Numbered from the stretch's first letter, positions 1 through 8,695 are shown. The stretch is DNA of 45,187 bases from an uncultured Bdellovibrionales bacterium (GCA_964600645.1 CAZRJL010000002.1:1-45187), one strand, 5' to 3'. The notes: generated from the sequence alone by a model not told the origin. Program-made: numbers and translations.

Positions 1-387
1 AGATGAGTCAGAAATAATAACTACTCTGTTATTTTCGTCTTTACTAATTTGAAGAGCGGTTGCAATTATTACCCTCTCTTCAACAGGAGCATCAGTAAGT
101 AATACAACTTTTTCTCGAATATCCCCATCTATTTTTACGGTAGCAACGGATCTCGATTCAAACTCTTCTGAATTCTTAAGCGTAGATCCATCAGCACTAG
201 TAATTGACAGTACTAAAATACCACATTCTCCTGATGTAATACTGTCATTGGCAGTATTTTTAGGATCGACACAAATTCCGGTAACTGTTTCAGCTTCAGA
301 TCTGCTAGTTAAATTATCGCCTAAAATCACATCTGTATTATTCTCATACGGCGTATAAGTATTATCAAATATATATACAAGATTCAT
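1..387 (-). CDS. hypothetical protein, N-terminal 129 codons (continues past window start)
   Basis: ATG at 387-385. The frame stays open to base 1 (MNLVYIFDNTYTPYENNTDVILGDNLTSRSEAETVTGICVDPKNTANDS...). It is missing from the ORF track only because no stop lies inside the window. No motif recognised. Confidence 0.35.
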   Translation of the reverse strand, partial: MNLVYIFDNTYTPYENNTDVILGDNLTSRSEAETVTGICVDPKNTANDSITSGECGILVLSITSADGSTLKNSEEFESRSVATVKIDGDIREKVVLLTDAPVEERVIIATALQISKDENNRVVIISDSS

Positions 388-469
388 ATTGATTATTGAA
401 ATTAAAAATTAGAAAAACCTTAAGATTTTATTTTTATTTTACCATAAAAACTCACAAAAATCAAGTTTT

Positions 470-1156
470 TTATTTTAGTTTAGCTATTTTTTTAAGCTTG
501 TTGCCTGCAGATGAAGTGGTTACATATCTAATATTTCTTAATGCCTTATCGATTGCATTCTTAGCGGCATCTGGAATAAATGAGTATCCTTCAGAAGAAA
601 TCATTTTTATGAAATTGTCTCTCTTTATGTCATAACTAACTTTATTGGATTCCTGATTTAAAGAAAGCTGAGATTCAGTCATGGAAAGCTCCACTAAGGT
701 CTTATGAATATAGCTCGACTTCTGCCTAAGTTGAGTGTTGATATTTATTTGATGCAAATAATTATCGATTATGGAACATTGGATGTAAAAATTATTTACA
801 AGATCTAATTCATCTCTATCGAAATCTTCAATAAACAAATAATTATATTTATTCCAACTATTAGAAGATAACAACTTAATATCAAACTGATTTAAGACTA
901 TATTGCCTCCTTTTATTTGATCAATAATTTTTTCTGCATTCCTAATTTCCATCAAAAGGATGCTAGCACTATCTCTCTTTTTGTCATCTTTTTGTTTTAT
1001 GTATAAGTATATAGCAGAAGAGCCCACTAAGAATGTAACGTAAGCAATAATATAGTTAGACTCTAACTCATGAAAAAACATTAAAGCTAGCGTAACAGGA
1101 ATAATAACAACTGCAGTAATAATAAATAAGGGATTGTAAGATTTATCTATTTTCAT
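470..1156 (-). CDS. hypothetical membrane protein (two N-terminal TM helices, polar C-terminal region)
   Basis: Track ORF 470..1198 trimmed to its first ATG (MKIDKSYNPLFIITAVVIIPVTLALMFF...AYVTFLVGSSAIYLYI...). The 14 codons upstream are read-through of the protease-gene remnant in another frame. No family recognised. Confidence 0.5.
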   Translation of the reverse strand: MKIDKSYNPLFIITAVVIIPVTLALMFFHELESNYIIAYVTFLVGSSAIYLYIKQKDDKKRDSASILLMEIRNAEKIIDQIKGGNIVLNQFDIKLLSSNSWNKYNYLFIEDFDRDELDLVNNFYIQCSIIDNYLHQININTQLRQKSSYIHKTLVELSMTESQLSLNQESNKVSYDIKRDNFIKMISSEGYSFIPDAAKNAIDKALRNIRYVTTSSAGNKLKKIAKLK

Positions 1157-1169
1157 ATTTTTATCATTT

Positions 1170-1268
1170 TCACCCCTGCCCAACCGCTCTCCACACAATT
1201 TGCTCTTGCGGAATATTTATCATTCCTTGTGGAGTTTGTTGCGGGACGTTTTGTTGGACTTTTTTTAA
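1170..1268 (-). pseudogene. remnant copy of the 3' end of the Clp-fold protease gene (2186..3202)
   Basis: The core 1178-1265 is 79/88 identical (hand alignment) to 2200-2287. In the protease frame it reads KKVQQNVPQQTPQGMINIPQEQIVWRAVGQG-stop, versus the intact C-terminus FKKVQQNVPQQTPGGMINIPQEQIVWRAVGQGWK. Confidence 0.8.
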
Positions 1269-1285
1269 TTTTCTATTATTTTAAA

Positions 1286-2119
1286 TTATTTCTTATTTTT
1301 CAACAACTTTTTCTTCTCGCTTTTCAATTCTTTAATATGTCTTTCCGGCTGCAAATTTTCAGGCAGGGTTCCGCCAATATCTTTTATTGTTTGCCGGACT
1401 TTTCTGCCAACTTCAAAATGAGTTGCGTTGGCGGAATTTTCCCCACTGATATTTTCCTTATTGATTTTATCATCCGTTTGAGTGATGCGAAATAAATTAG
1501 CGGCAAGCTCCGTCGATCCTGCTCTGTCTAAAATATCATCTTTGCCAATCCCTTTTATCTTCTTAATTTCATCGGCAGTCAATTTATATAATCCCAAATA
1601 ACCAAAATTGTTAAATCTTCCAAAATTACTCACGCCGGCTTTTTTGGCAGTGTCGAAAAGTTTTTTATTATGAATCTTGACCTCGCCTCTTATGAATAAT
1701 CTTTTTTGATCTTGACTAAGTTGCTGAAAAATTTCCTGCTTTCTGGTTTGCACCGCAAAATATGTTTGCGCCATAGCGATCTCTGTTTTTCGCGGATCTC
1801 CGTTTTGAGCAATAAGATAACAAGCATAACGAGAAAGACGATAATCTTCAATTTTTCTAAAAGCTTCTTTTCTTGTTCCCTTGGCGATTTTTATCATTTT
1901 GTCGGCGCCGACAAAATGATCGCTGACTTCTTGAGTACTCACATTGCAAGCATCTTTTGCTCTTCGAATAACTCCCTCAAATTTTCTCCATTCTTTGTAT
2001 CCCAAAAGAGGCATCAGCTCGCGCGCTTCCCAATATTCAGTCCCGTTTTCATCAATTTTTTTAATACTTTCAAAATCCTTATTGAGCGAATTGATTGCAA
2101 TTTCTTTTGTTTTTCTCAT
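1286..2119 (-). CDS. dinD: DNA damage-inducible protein D (DinD family)
   Basis: 277 aa that aligns along its full length, by eye, with remembered E. coli DinD blocks (LSRYACYLIAQNGDP, AQTYFAVQTRKQE, GSTELAANLFRITQT, ANATHFEVGRKVRQTI). Confidence 0.85.
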   Translation of the reverse strand: MRKTKEIAINSLNKDFESIKKIDENGTEYWEARELMPLLGYKEWRKFEGVIRRAKDACNVSTQEVSDHFVGADKMIKIAKGTRKEAFRKIEDYRLSRYACYLIAQNGDPRKTEIAMAQTYFAVQTRKQEIFQQLSQDQKRLFIRGEVKIHNKKLFDTAKKAGVSNFGRFNNFGYLGLYKLTADEIKKIKGIGKDDILDRAGSTELAANLFRITQTDDKINKENISGENSANATHFEVGRKVRQTIKDIGGTLPENLQPERHIKELKSEKKKLLKNKK

Positions 2120-2185
2120 AAGTATTTATTTTTAGTGTTATTTATGATGATATTATAACACTAAATATTTTTACGTCAACTATTT

Positions 2186-3202
2186 TTACTTCCACCCTTG
2201 CCCAACCGCTCTCCAAACAATCTGCTCCTGCGGAATATTAATCATCCCTCCGGGAGTTTGTTGCGGGACGTTTTGCTGGACTTTTTTAAATTCCATATTT
2301 ATTTCAAATTTGTTTGAAACCTGCGCGCTTTCAACATAGGCGATTTTATAAGTTTGATTTTGCCCTTTGGCAAATTCCGTTTCAGGATTCCAGATACTGC
2401 GCATATCCATTTCCAAATTATATGCTTCATAAATTTCCGTCATCAAATCGGAAAGTTCTTGGTCGGCAAAAACAACAGGCCTGATTCCCAAGTCTTCTTT
2501 GGCTTCTTTTCTACCGATGTAATATTGATGGGAATACAACTTTTCCGTCAGAAATTCAATTATTTTTTCAATCTCATCTTCTTTCATCGGCTGTTTATGG
2601 CTTTTCAATAATCGTTTGGCAAGAATCTTAATCAAATTATGGGTGCGATTCACATTGCCCAGCGCCAAGGGATGTATGGATGGATTAGCTTCCACAAATT
2701 TGTTGAAAATTTTTGTGAGCTCTTCATCGCTTTTGATGCCGAATTTATTTTTCGCCAAGTCAAAATAACTCATCACTTCTTCCACGGAAATCGGAATTCG
2801 ATTTTGCGGATTTTTCGGATCGACCGGATTGAAAACATTGGCGGTTGACGGATCAATTGGCGAAAGTTCACTCATATCGCTCATCACAATTTCATCAGCT
2901 CCCAATGAAATCATCGTTGCCGCGCTGTGAGCTTTGTAGGGAATAATCACTGAAAAGTGGTTGCAATATTCGCGAATCATCGAAACTAAACGCCATGGCA
3001 CCATTGTATCCCCGCCGGCGCTATACAAAATCAGATCGATTTTTTCCTGCTTGCCAATTTTTCGCAGTTGCGAACTGATAATCGGAATAATATCCATCGC
3101 CACCCGCGCGTTGACTGGTCCCTGCCGATCGCTGGTCGCATACGCGATTACTTTTGAGCTTCTTTTTTCTTGGATTTTTTTGATAATTTCTTGCGTATTC
3201 AT
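2186..3202 (-). CDS. Clp-fold serine protease, SDH (serine dehydrogenase proteinase)/SppA-like family
   Basis: 338 aa. The pattern IDLILYSAGGD...IIPYKAHSAATMISLGADEIVMSDMSELSPIDP resembles the SDH/ClpP-fold family. Assigned from the remembered family pattern, not from a search. Confidence 0.6.
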   Translation of the reverse strand: MNTQEIIKKIQEKRSSKVIAYATSDRQGPVNARVAMDIIPIISSQLRKIGKQEKIDLILYSAGGDTMVPWRLVSMIREYCNHFSVIIPYKAHSAATMISLGADEIVMSDMSELSPIDPSTANVFNPVDPKNPQNRIPISVEEVMSYFDLAKNKFGIKSDEELTKIFNKFVEANPSIHPLALGNVNRTHNLIKILAKRLLKSHKQPMKEDEIEKIIEFLTEKLYSHQYYIGRKEAKEDLGIRPVVFADQELSDLMTEIYEAYNLEMDMRSIWNPETEFAKGQNQTYKIAYVESAQVSNKFEINMEFKKVQQNVPQQTPGGMINIPQEQIVWRAVGQGWK

Positions 3203-3225
3203 AAATTTTTTTCTTTTTAGTTTTT

Positions 3226-3256
3226 AAAAAGTGATACAACATCTTTATTGTATCAC
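3226..3256 (-). terminator. rho-independent terminator after the sugar transferase gene
   Basis: Minus strand: stem GTGATACAA / TTGTATCAC followed by a T run. A possible promoter for the protease gene (TTGCGG-16-TACAAT, 3247-3274) overlaps it. Confidence 0.45.
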
Positions 3257-3323
3257 TTTCTCAAATTCCCGCAACTGTGAATAAACTTCGGCATTTTCTG
3301 CTACGTAACGTACTACGCAACAA

Positions 3324-4778
3324 TCAGCTGTTATTTTTTCTTCTTCGAAGCAGAACTCCTACGGTTTTAAGAATTATTTGGACATCCAGCGCTAATGACC
3401 AATTTTCTATGTAAAAAAGATCGAGTTTGTATTCATCTTCAAAATCCAAATCGGATCGACCTGAAACCTGCGCCATTCCGGTAATTCCGGGCTTAATTGT
3501 GAGTAATCTGCGATGATATTCCATATATTTTTCCACTTCCCGCTTCTGATGCGGACGCGGTCCGACCAAACTCATTGAACCAAAAAGGACATTAAAAAAT
3601 TGCGGAAATTCATCAATGGAATATTTTTCAATAAAATTACCGACTTTTGTTTTACGCGGATCGTTTTTGATTTTATATAAAGGTCCTTGACGCACGCTTT
3701 TTTCAGCAATCAATCGTCTTTCAAATTCAAGCGCTTTTTCAAAATCAGGATTGTCTTTTGAAATATTATACTCCCATTTCATATAACGGAATTTGTAAGC
3801 GAAAAATTTTTTTCCTTCAGCTCCGATTCTTTCATTTTTGTATATTACCGGCCCCTTTCTGTCTTCCAATTTTATCAAAATCGCTACAAGCAACATAATC
3901 GGGGAAGTGAAAATAATCAAAATAAGCGAAAAAACAATATCGAAAATTCGCTTGGCGATTCTTCCCCATCCATCCAATGGGGTATGCAAAACTTCAATAA
4001 TCGGTTCGCCGCCCAGCACGCTTATTTTATATTTTGAAGTTTGCAAAGTTGTTGGAATAAACTTATATGAAATATTATTGATAGCGCAAAAATCAATCAG
4101 TTTTTCAAGTTCGTCATCCGGAATAGACGATGAACACAAAATTATCTCGTCAATCCCTCGCTCTTTCTTTATTTGCTTAATCACTTTTAATTGCGCGGTA
4201 TTGATGATATCCACGATACGATATCCCAAATTGCGATTTCGCTTTATCATTCGAGAAACTTCATCCACCTTTCCATTGTGTCCGATCAAAAGCACGCGAT
4301 GAATTCCGATTCCCCGACTTTTCAAAAGCCACAACTGAATTTTGTGCAAAATATATCTGGCCGCGACAACATAAAAAACAGCAATAAACCACGCCGCCAA
4401 AATTATAAAACGGGAAGAAAACCATTCTCTTTTGAGAAATATCGCAATAATTATAATCACCAAACCGATTGAAGTAGCGGTAAAAACCTTCAGAGTTTCT
4501 TTCCAAAATTTTCGCGTCGCCCGAATATCATACAGCCCCTCCAAAGCATATATAAGCAAAAAGAAAGGAGCGGAAATAAAAACAAGATTAATGTATTCTT
4601 CAAAATGAACATTATGAAATTCAAGTGGTTGCAGACTGAAAAACTTCGTCACTTCGGAATTTTCACGAATAAAAAACGCGCTGACAGCGCCTAAAACTAT
4701 CATCGCAAAATCCGCGGGAACTTGAATAGCGCTAAAAAATAATTCTGATCGTTTCATATTATTTCTATTATACACCAC
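3324..4778 (-). CDS. undecaprenyl-phosphate sugar phosphotransferase (WbaP/bacterial sugar transferase family)
   Basis: 484 aa. Multiple N-terminal TM helices and a C-terminal Bac_transf signature (PRPHQKREVEKY, IKPGITGMAQVSGRSDL, YIENWSLALDVQIILKT). Alternative start at MKRSELFF (4757). Confidence 0.85.
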   Translation of the reverse strand: MVYNRNNMKRSELFFSAIQVPADFAMIVLGAVSAFFIRENSEVTKFFSLQPLEFHNVHFEEYINLVFISAPFFLLIYALEGLYDIRATRKFWKETLKVFTATSIGLVIIIIAIFLKREWFSSRFIILAAWFIAVFYVVAARYILHKIQLWLLKSRGIGIHRVLLIGHNGKVDEVSRMIKRNRNLGYRIVDIINTAQLKVIKQIKKERGIDEIILCSSSIPDDELEKLIDFCAINNISYKFIPTTLQTSKYKISVLGGEPIIEVLHTPLDGWGRIAKRIFDIVFSLILIIFTSPIMLLVAILIKLEDRKGPVIYKNERIGAEGKKFFAYKFRYMKWEYNISKDNPDFEKALEFERRLIAEKSVRQGPLYKIKNDPRKTKVGNFIEKYSIDEFPQFFNVLFGSMSLVGPRPHQKREVEKYMEYHRRLLTIKPGITGMAQVSGRSDLDFEDEYKLDLFYIENWSLALDVQIILKTVGVLLRRRKNNS

Positions 4779-4804
4779 AAATACTTTCAGTAAAAATTCA
4801 AATT

Positions 4805-5251
4805 TATATCAAGACAAATCTATAAGCCGGATTCTGTACTCCGACGCGAGGTCGGAGCGGCAATCATTTATCTAGCTCCGACGTTACCGTCAGAGTCAAG
4901 CGGCACCCTCCGACGAAAAGTCGAAGTACGGCCTTGCATTCAGGTAAGGATTTAGCCGTTTCACCCCTCGACTTTGCTCAGGGCAAGCCCTAAACTTATA
5001 TCGAAGATTATTCCATAAAAATGGAATTTGAAATTTTTTCAAATTTCAACGTCGCTGCTCGCACCTCTCTCCGACGCAAGGTCGGAGTGACGGGCGTTAC
5101 CTCCGACGATCTTTCAATGTCGGAGCTCCGCACCCTTTCAGGCGTCGGAGCCGCTACCCTGCTATCCAGTCGCTCGAGAGCGACAGGAGAATGTCCGGAC
5201 TTTCCTCCCTCCGCAAAAGCGGACGGCGATTGCCCAATTTGCCTTGATATA
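4805..5251 (-). ncRNA. rnpB: RNase P RNA (bacterial), about 447 nt
   Basis: The minus strand carries the universal motifs GGAGGGAGGAAAGTCCGGAC (plus 5193-5212) and ACAGAATCCGGCTTAT (plus 4822-4837). P1 is TATATCAAGGCAAAT (5251-5237) paired with ATTTGTCTTGATATA (4819-4805). P2 is GGCAATC/GATTGCC. P3 is the hairpin CCGTCCGC-TTTT-GCGGAGGG. Confidence 0.9.
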
Positions 5252-5396
5252 AAGCCAAATTTTCAATGTTCTATCTACTAATACTTCCAAACAATGATAA
5301 TATTTTTTGTCTGTTTTGTCAACAAAAAACCCCACCGGAAAATCACCGGCAAGGTTGAGTGGAACGAGAAAAGAAATTACTTTGAAAATTTTGATT

Positions 5397-5618
5397 TTAT
5401 CCAAAAATACAAACTTTTCTCTGAAAAAATAAGGTACGCAAATATGGGGATATTGGAAAACGACCCTGCCAAAATTCTTGTCTGCTCTGGAAAATAATCC
5501 AACAAAAAAAATAATCCACACACCATAGAGCACTCCATATCCCAAAAGCCACCCCGATAAAATCAATAGCATAAACAAACAACAATTCATTCGAAGAACT
5601 AATTGAGTCTTTTTTCAT
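5397..5618 (-). CDS. possible small membrane protein (frame ambiguous)
   Basis: MKKDSISSSNELLFVYAIDFIGVAFGIWSALWCVDYFF... A competing frame (track ORF 5162..5590) covers the same T-rich DNA but runs about 90 nt into rnpB. An A8 run at about 5507-5514 separates the two frames. No homology recognised. Confidence 0.2.
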   Translation of the reverse strand: MKKDSISSSNELLFVYAIDFIGVAFGIWSALWCVDYFFCWIIFQSRQEFWQGRFPISPYLRTLFFQRKVCIFG

Positions 5619-5789
5619 GTCGATATCCTCTTGAAGTTTTTTAAAAAAACTATTTTCTAATTTCCACTGATAATTCTTTTTCCAAATTAACAAATATTCT
5701 TTCCGTTAGGTCATCAATCTCCTTACCGGTCAATGTTGGCATCGGAGGCTCAACCTCCATAAAATATCATTAATTAAGTTAATTTGGTA

Positions 5790-6932
5790 TTACCTCAATA
5801 AAGCTTCTAGTTCCTTTTCGGTTTTTGCACGGATCTTCGCCTGTATCTCATTAATTTCCTCATTGGTCAAGGTTCTTTCAGACGAACGATAAACGATACG
5901 GAAAGTGTAGCTTTTTTTGTTTTTACCGAACTTTTCATCATTTTCATATTCATCCAAAAGTTTCACTTCCTCAATCAGATTATCCGCATAGTCTCGAACG
6001 ATTTCATAATAATTATTAAGATTTATATCTTTATCAATGATAAACGAGATGTCCCTAGTAGTTGCAGGAAATTTGCTGACCTCGGTAAACTTGCTATTAA
6101 TATCATTGAATTGGCTTGTAATCCGCTCATCATTCGACCAAAGAATCCTAATATCCGGAATTCCCATTTTTATCATAGCCAGTCTCTCTCCAAAACCAAA
6201 AGCCCAGCCATTATACACTTCTGGATCTAGACCAAAGTTTTTCAAAACAATCGGATTAACCAGCCCTGCGCCATTAACCTCCATCCAATCTCCATTGAAT
6301 TTAATATCCATTTCCAGGCTCTCTACCGTATAAGGAAAAGTGTCTTCTATAAATTTATATTCAATATCTGATCCAAAAATTCCTTTAGCTAAATCAATCT
6401 GAACATCTTTTAAATCCTGCTGTGTGATATTTTTTTTATCTTTCTTGCAAATAAAAAGTCCATCAATTTGATGAAAAGCGGGAAAATGATGCCTGTCTAT
6501 TTCATCTTTTCTATAAACAATTCCCGGAGCCAGAGCTTTAATCTCGCCATCTTCTTCTAATTTTTTTAAAACATTCTTATCTTTCAAATAAAAAGACCAA
6601 AAAGCTGTCATCTGCGTGCGCAAAATATGCATATCATCCAAATAATAAGTGTCGTTTTCTCGCCGGCTTGGATGATCTTTCGGGGTATTCAAAAGATCAA
6701 AACATTGCTCGACGGTTATAATTTTTGGAAATTCAACTATATCAAAACCATCAAACCTAGGTAAGTTGGTTATTTGATCAAATAAAATTTTCACCGGCGA
6801 ATTTTCTTTTTTTGTAAGATCAGGCAAAGCCAAGAGCCTTTTTATGCGCTCAGCTTTCACATCACTCCTTTTGCCCAGCTCATCTAGCAATCTTTTTTCG
6901 TTTTCATCCTTCTCAATAATAATCTTTCTCAT
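5790..6932 (-). CDS. pheS: phenylalanine--tRNA ligase, mitochondrial-like single-chain type (catalytic core plus C-terminal FDX-ACB-like domain)
   Basis: 380 aa. Class IIc motifs are present (APGIVYRKDEIDRHHFPAFHQIDGLF; GWAFGFGERLAM). The C-terminal ~90 aa (KFPATTRDISFIIDKD...SYTFRIVYRSSERTLTNEEINEIQ) resemble the ferredoxin-fold anticodon-binding domain. Confidence 0.9.
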   Translation of the reverse strand: MRKIIIEKDENEKRLLDELGKRSDVKAERIKRLLALPDLTKKENSPVKILFDQITNLPRFDGFDIVEFPKIITVEQCFDLLNTPKDHPSRRENDTYYLDDMHILRTQMTAFWSFYLKDKNVLKKLEEDGEIKALAPGIVYRKDEIDRHHFPAFHQIDGLFICKKDKKNITQQDLKDVQIDLAKGIFGSDIEYKFIEDTFPYTVESLEMDIKFNGDWMEVNGAGLVNPIVLKNFGLDPEVYNGWAFGFGERLAMIKMGIPDIRILWSNDERITSQFNDINSKFTEVSKFPATTRDISFIIDKDINLNNYYEIVRDYADNLIEEVKLLDEYENDEKFGKNKKSYTFRIVYRSSERTLTNEEINEIQAKIRAKTEKELEALLR

Positions 6933-6943
6933 AGTTTTTTCAA

Positions 6944-7372
6944 TTATTTATACAAACTGACATATTTTGCAAATTCCATTCCAACTTCGGCTTCTTTATC
7001 TAGAATAAAAATTCCGGAGTGATCATTTCCCAAACCTAACTCATCCTTGGCACACAACATCCCGAAAGATTTCACGCCACGAATTTCAGCTTCCTTGATT
7101 TCAAACCCTTCTGGCAATTTTGTCCCGATCGTCGCCACTGGGACTTTTTGTCCAACTTCAATATTTTTTGCACCACACACGATTTGTAAAATTTCTCCAC
7201 CAACATCTGTTTTTGTAATTTGCAATCTATCAGCATTCGGATGTTTTTGAATTTCTAAAATTCTTCCCACCACGACATTTTCAAAACCAATCGCCGGTTT
7301 TTCAGCTTCTTTTTTAGCCAGTTTTTCACTAGACAATATCTTTTTAAGCCAATCAAATAAAAATTTCATCAT
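6944..7372 (-). CDS. tRNA-binding OB-fold protein equivalent to the N-terminal ~140 aa (B1/B2) of PheT
   Basis: 142 aa. It has the MMKFLFDWLKK start typical of PheT, then VVGRILEIQKHPNADRLQITKTDVGGE..IVCGAKNIEVGQKVPVA...GVKSFGMLCAKDELGLGNDHSGIFIL. It stops where the B3/B4 domains would begin. Confidence 0.8.
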   Translation of the reverse strand: MMKFLFDWLKKILSSEKLAKKEAEKPAIGFENVVVGRILEIQKHPNADRLQITKTDVGGEILQIVCGAKNIEVGQKVPVATIGTKLPEGFEIKEAEIRGVKSFGMLCAKDELGLGNDHSGIFILDKEAEVGMEFAKYVSLYK

Positions 7373-7419
7373 ACATTATTTCAAAAATTACAAATTTACC
7401 ATATTTTCCAATTCTACAT

Positions 7420-8655
7420 TCAGAAAACTATTTTTACAAAGTCTTTTTTCCCGACTTTGATTATTTTTCCGTCGAAAGAATTATCTAAAATTATATTCAG
7501 GTCTGTTATTTTTCCTCCTTCAATCGAAACTCCGCCTTGCTCGATTTTTCGACGGGCGTCTCCCTTGCTGTTTGCCACTTTCGCCAAAACCAAAAAATCA
7601 ACAATCTTAATTTTACTTTCAATTTTTATTTCTCTAACTTCATCCGGAACTTCTTTTTTGGAAAAAGTGTTTATGAAATATCCTGTCGCCGCATCAGCTT
7701 TTTCTTCCCCGTGATAAATTTTCACAATCTCATGCGCCAAGCGCAACTTCGCGTCCCGCGGATTCGGCAATTTCATCAATTCTTCAATTTTTTCCAAAGA
7801 AATTCGAGTGCAACCCAAAAGGAGAGGCTTAATCATTCCATCCGGCTGAGACATTACCGCTCCGAACAAATCATTGAAATCCAAATCAAGAAAAATTCCG
7901 GTTCCGTTGGATTTTGACATTAACATTCCAGTCTTTTCATCCTGGATGAGTTTTGCCGCAATCACAAACTTATTTTTACCTTTTAATTTTTGCATCAAAG
8001 TTCTTCCCGCCAACGCATTGAAAATTTGATCCGTTCCACAAAGTTCCACATCCACATCCATCACCACGCTGTCATAACCTTGCATCAAAGGATACAAAAA
8101 CTCATGCAAATGAATCGGCCTTCCTTCTTTCATTCTGTTTTCAAACATATCCCGCTCAAGCATTTGCTGGACAGTAAAATTACTTGCTAAATCAATCACC
8201 TGCTCGAAATTGAGTTTTCCCAGCCACTCGGAATTGTATTTTACTTTGACCGGATTTTCTTTATCATCAAAAGACAAAATATTTTTTGTTTGATTTAACC
8301 ATTCTTTGAAATTACTCTCCACATCCTCCCGTGTCTGCCGCACCCTAGCCGCGCCCTTATCCGTCGGATCTCCAATCATTCCAGTAAAATCCCCGATCAG
8401 AAAAATCACCTCATGCCCGAGTTTTCGAAAATCTTCCAAAATCATCAGATTTTGCGCGTGTCCCAAATGAAGCGCTTTGGCAGTCGGATCGGCACCCATA
8501 TAAAACCTTAGTTTTTCCCCGCAAAGCAATCTCTCTCGAAATTCCTTTTTAGTCGGCAAAAACTCAGCAAAAATCCCCCGCTCCAAAATTTCATCCACTT
8601 TGTCTGCCATAGATTTATCGACGGCAGATTTTTTTTCTAGTTCTTTTTTATTCAT
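7420..8655 (-). CDS. tyrS: tyrosine--tRNA ligase
   Basis: 411 aa. HIGH motif (ALHLGHAQN), KMSKS-like motif (LMSKSNG) and a C-terminal S4-like domain (SKGDARRKIEQGGVSIEG). Confidence 0.9.
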   Translation of the reverse strand: MNKKELEKKSAVDKSMADKVDEILERGIFAEFLPTKKEFRERLLCGEKLRFYMGADPTAKALHLGHAQNLMILEDFRKLGHEVIFLIGDFTGMIGDPTDKGAARVRQTREDVESNFKEWLNQTKNILSFDDKENPVKVKYNSEWLGKLNFEQVIDLASNFTVQQMLERDMFENRMKEGRPIHLHEFLYPLMQGYDSVVMDVDVELCGTDQIFNALAGRTLMQKLKGKNKFVIAAKLIQDEKTGMLMSKSNGTGIFLDLDFNDLFGAVMSQPDGMIKPLLLGCTRISLEKIEELMKLPNPRDAKLRLAHEIVKIYHGEEKADAATGYFINTFSKKEVPDEVREIKIESKIKIVDFLVLAKVANSKGDARRKIEQGGVSIEGGKITDLNIILDNSFDGKIIKVGKKDFVKIVF

Positions 8656-8695
8656 ATAATTAAAGTTTATCTGAATAATAGCTAGCGGTCAATGT

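Noticed and set aside
5021-5590. ORFs 5021..5281 (+) and the 3' third of 5162..5590 (-).
   Set aside because: They overlap the RNase P RNA gene, whose conserved core motifs and P1-P4 pairings explain the sequence. Only the part upstream of about 5290 could be coding, and its frame is ambiguous.
5648-5760. A 36-aa ORF (MEVEPPMPTLTGKEIDDLTERIFVNLEKELSVEIRK) just downstream of pheS.
   Set aside because: It is too short, has no SD sequence and matches no recognised family. It is kept only as a note.
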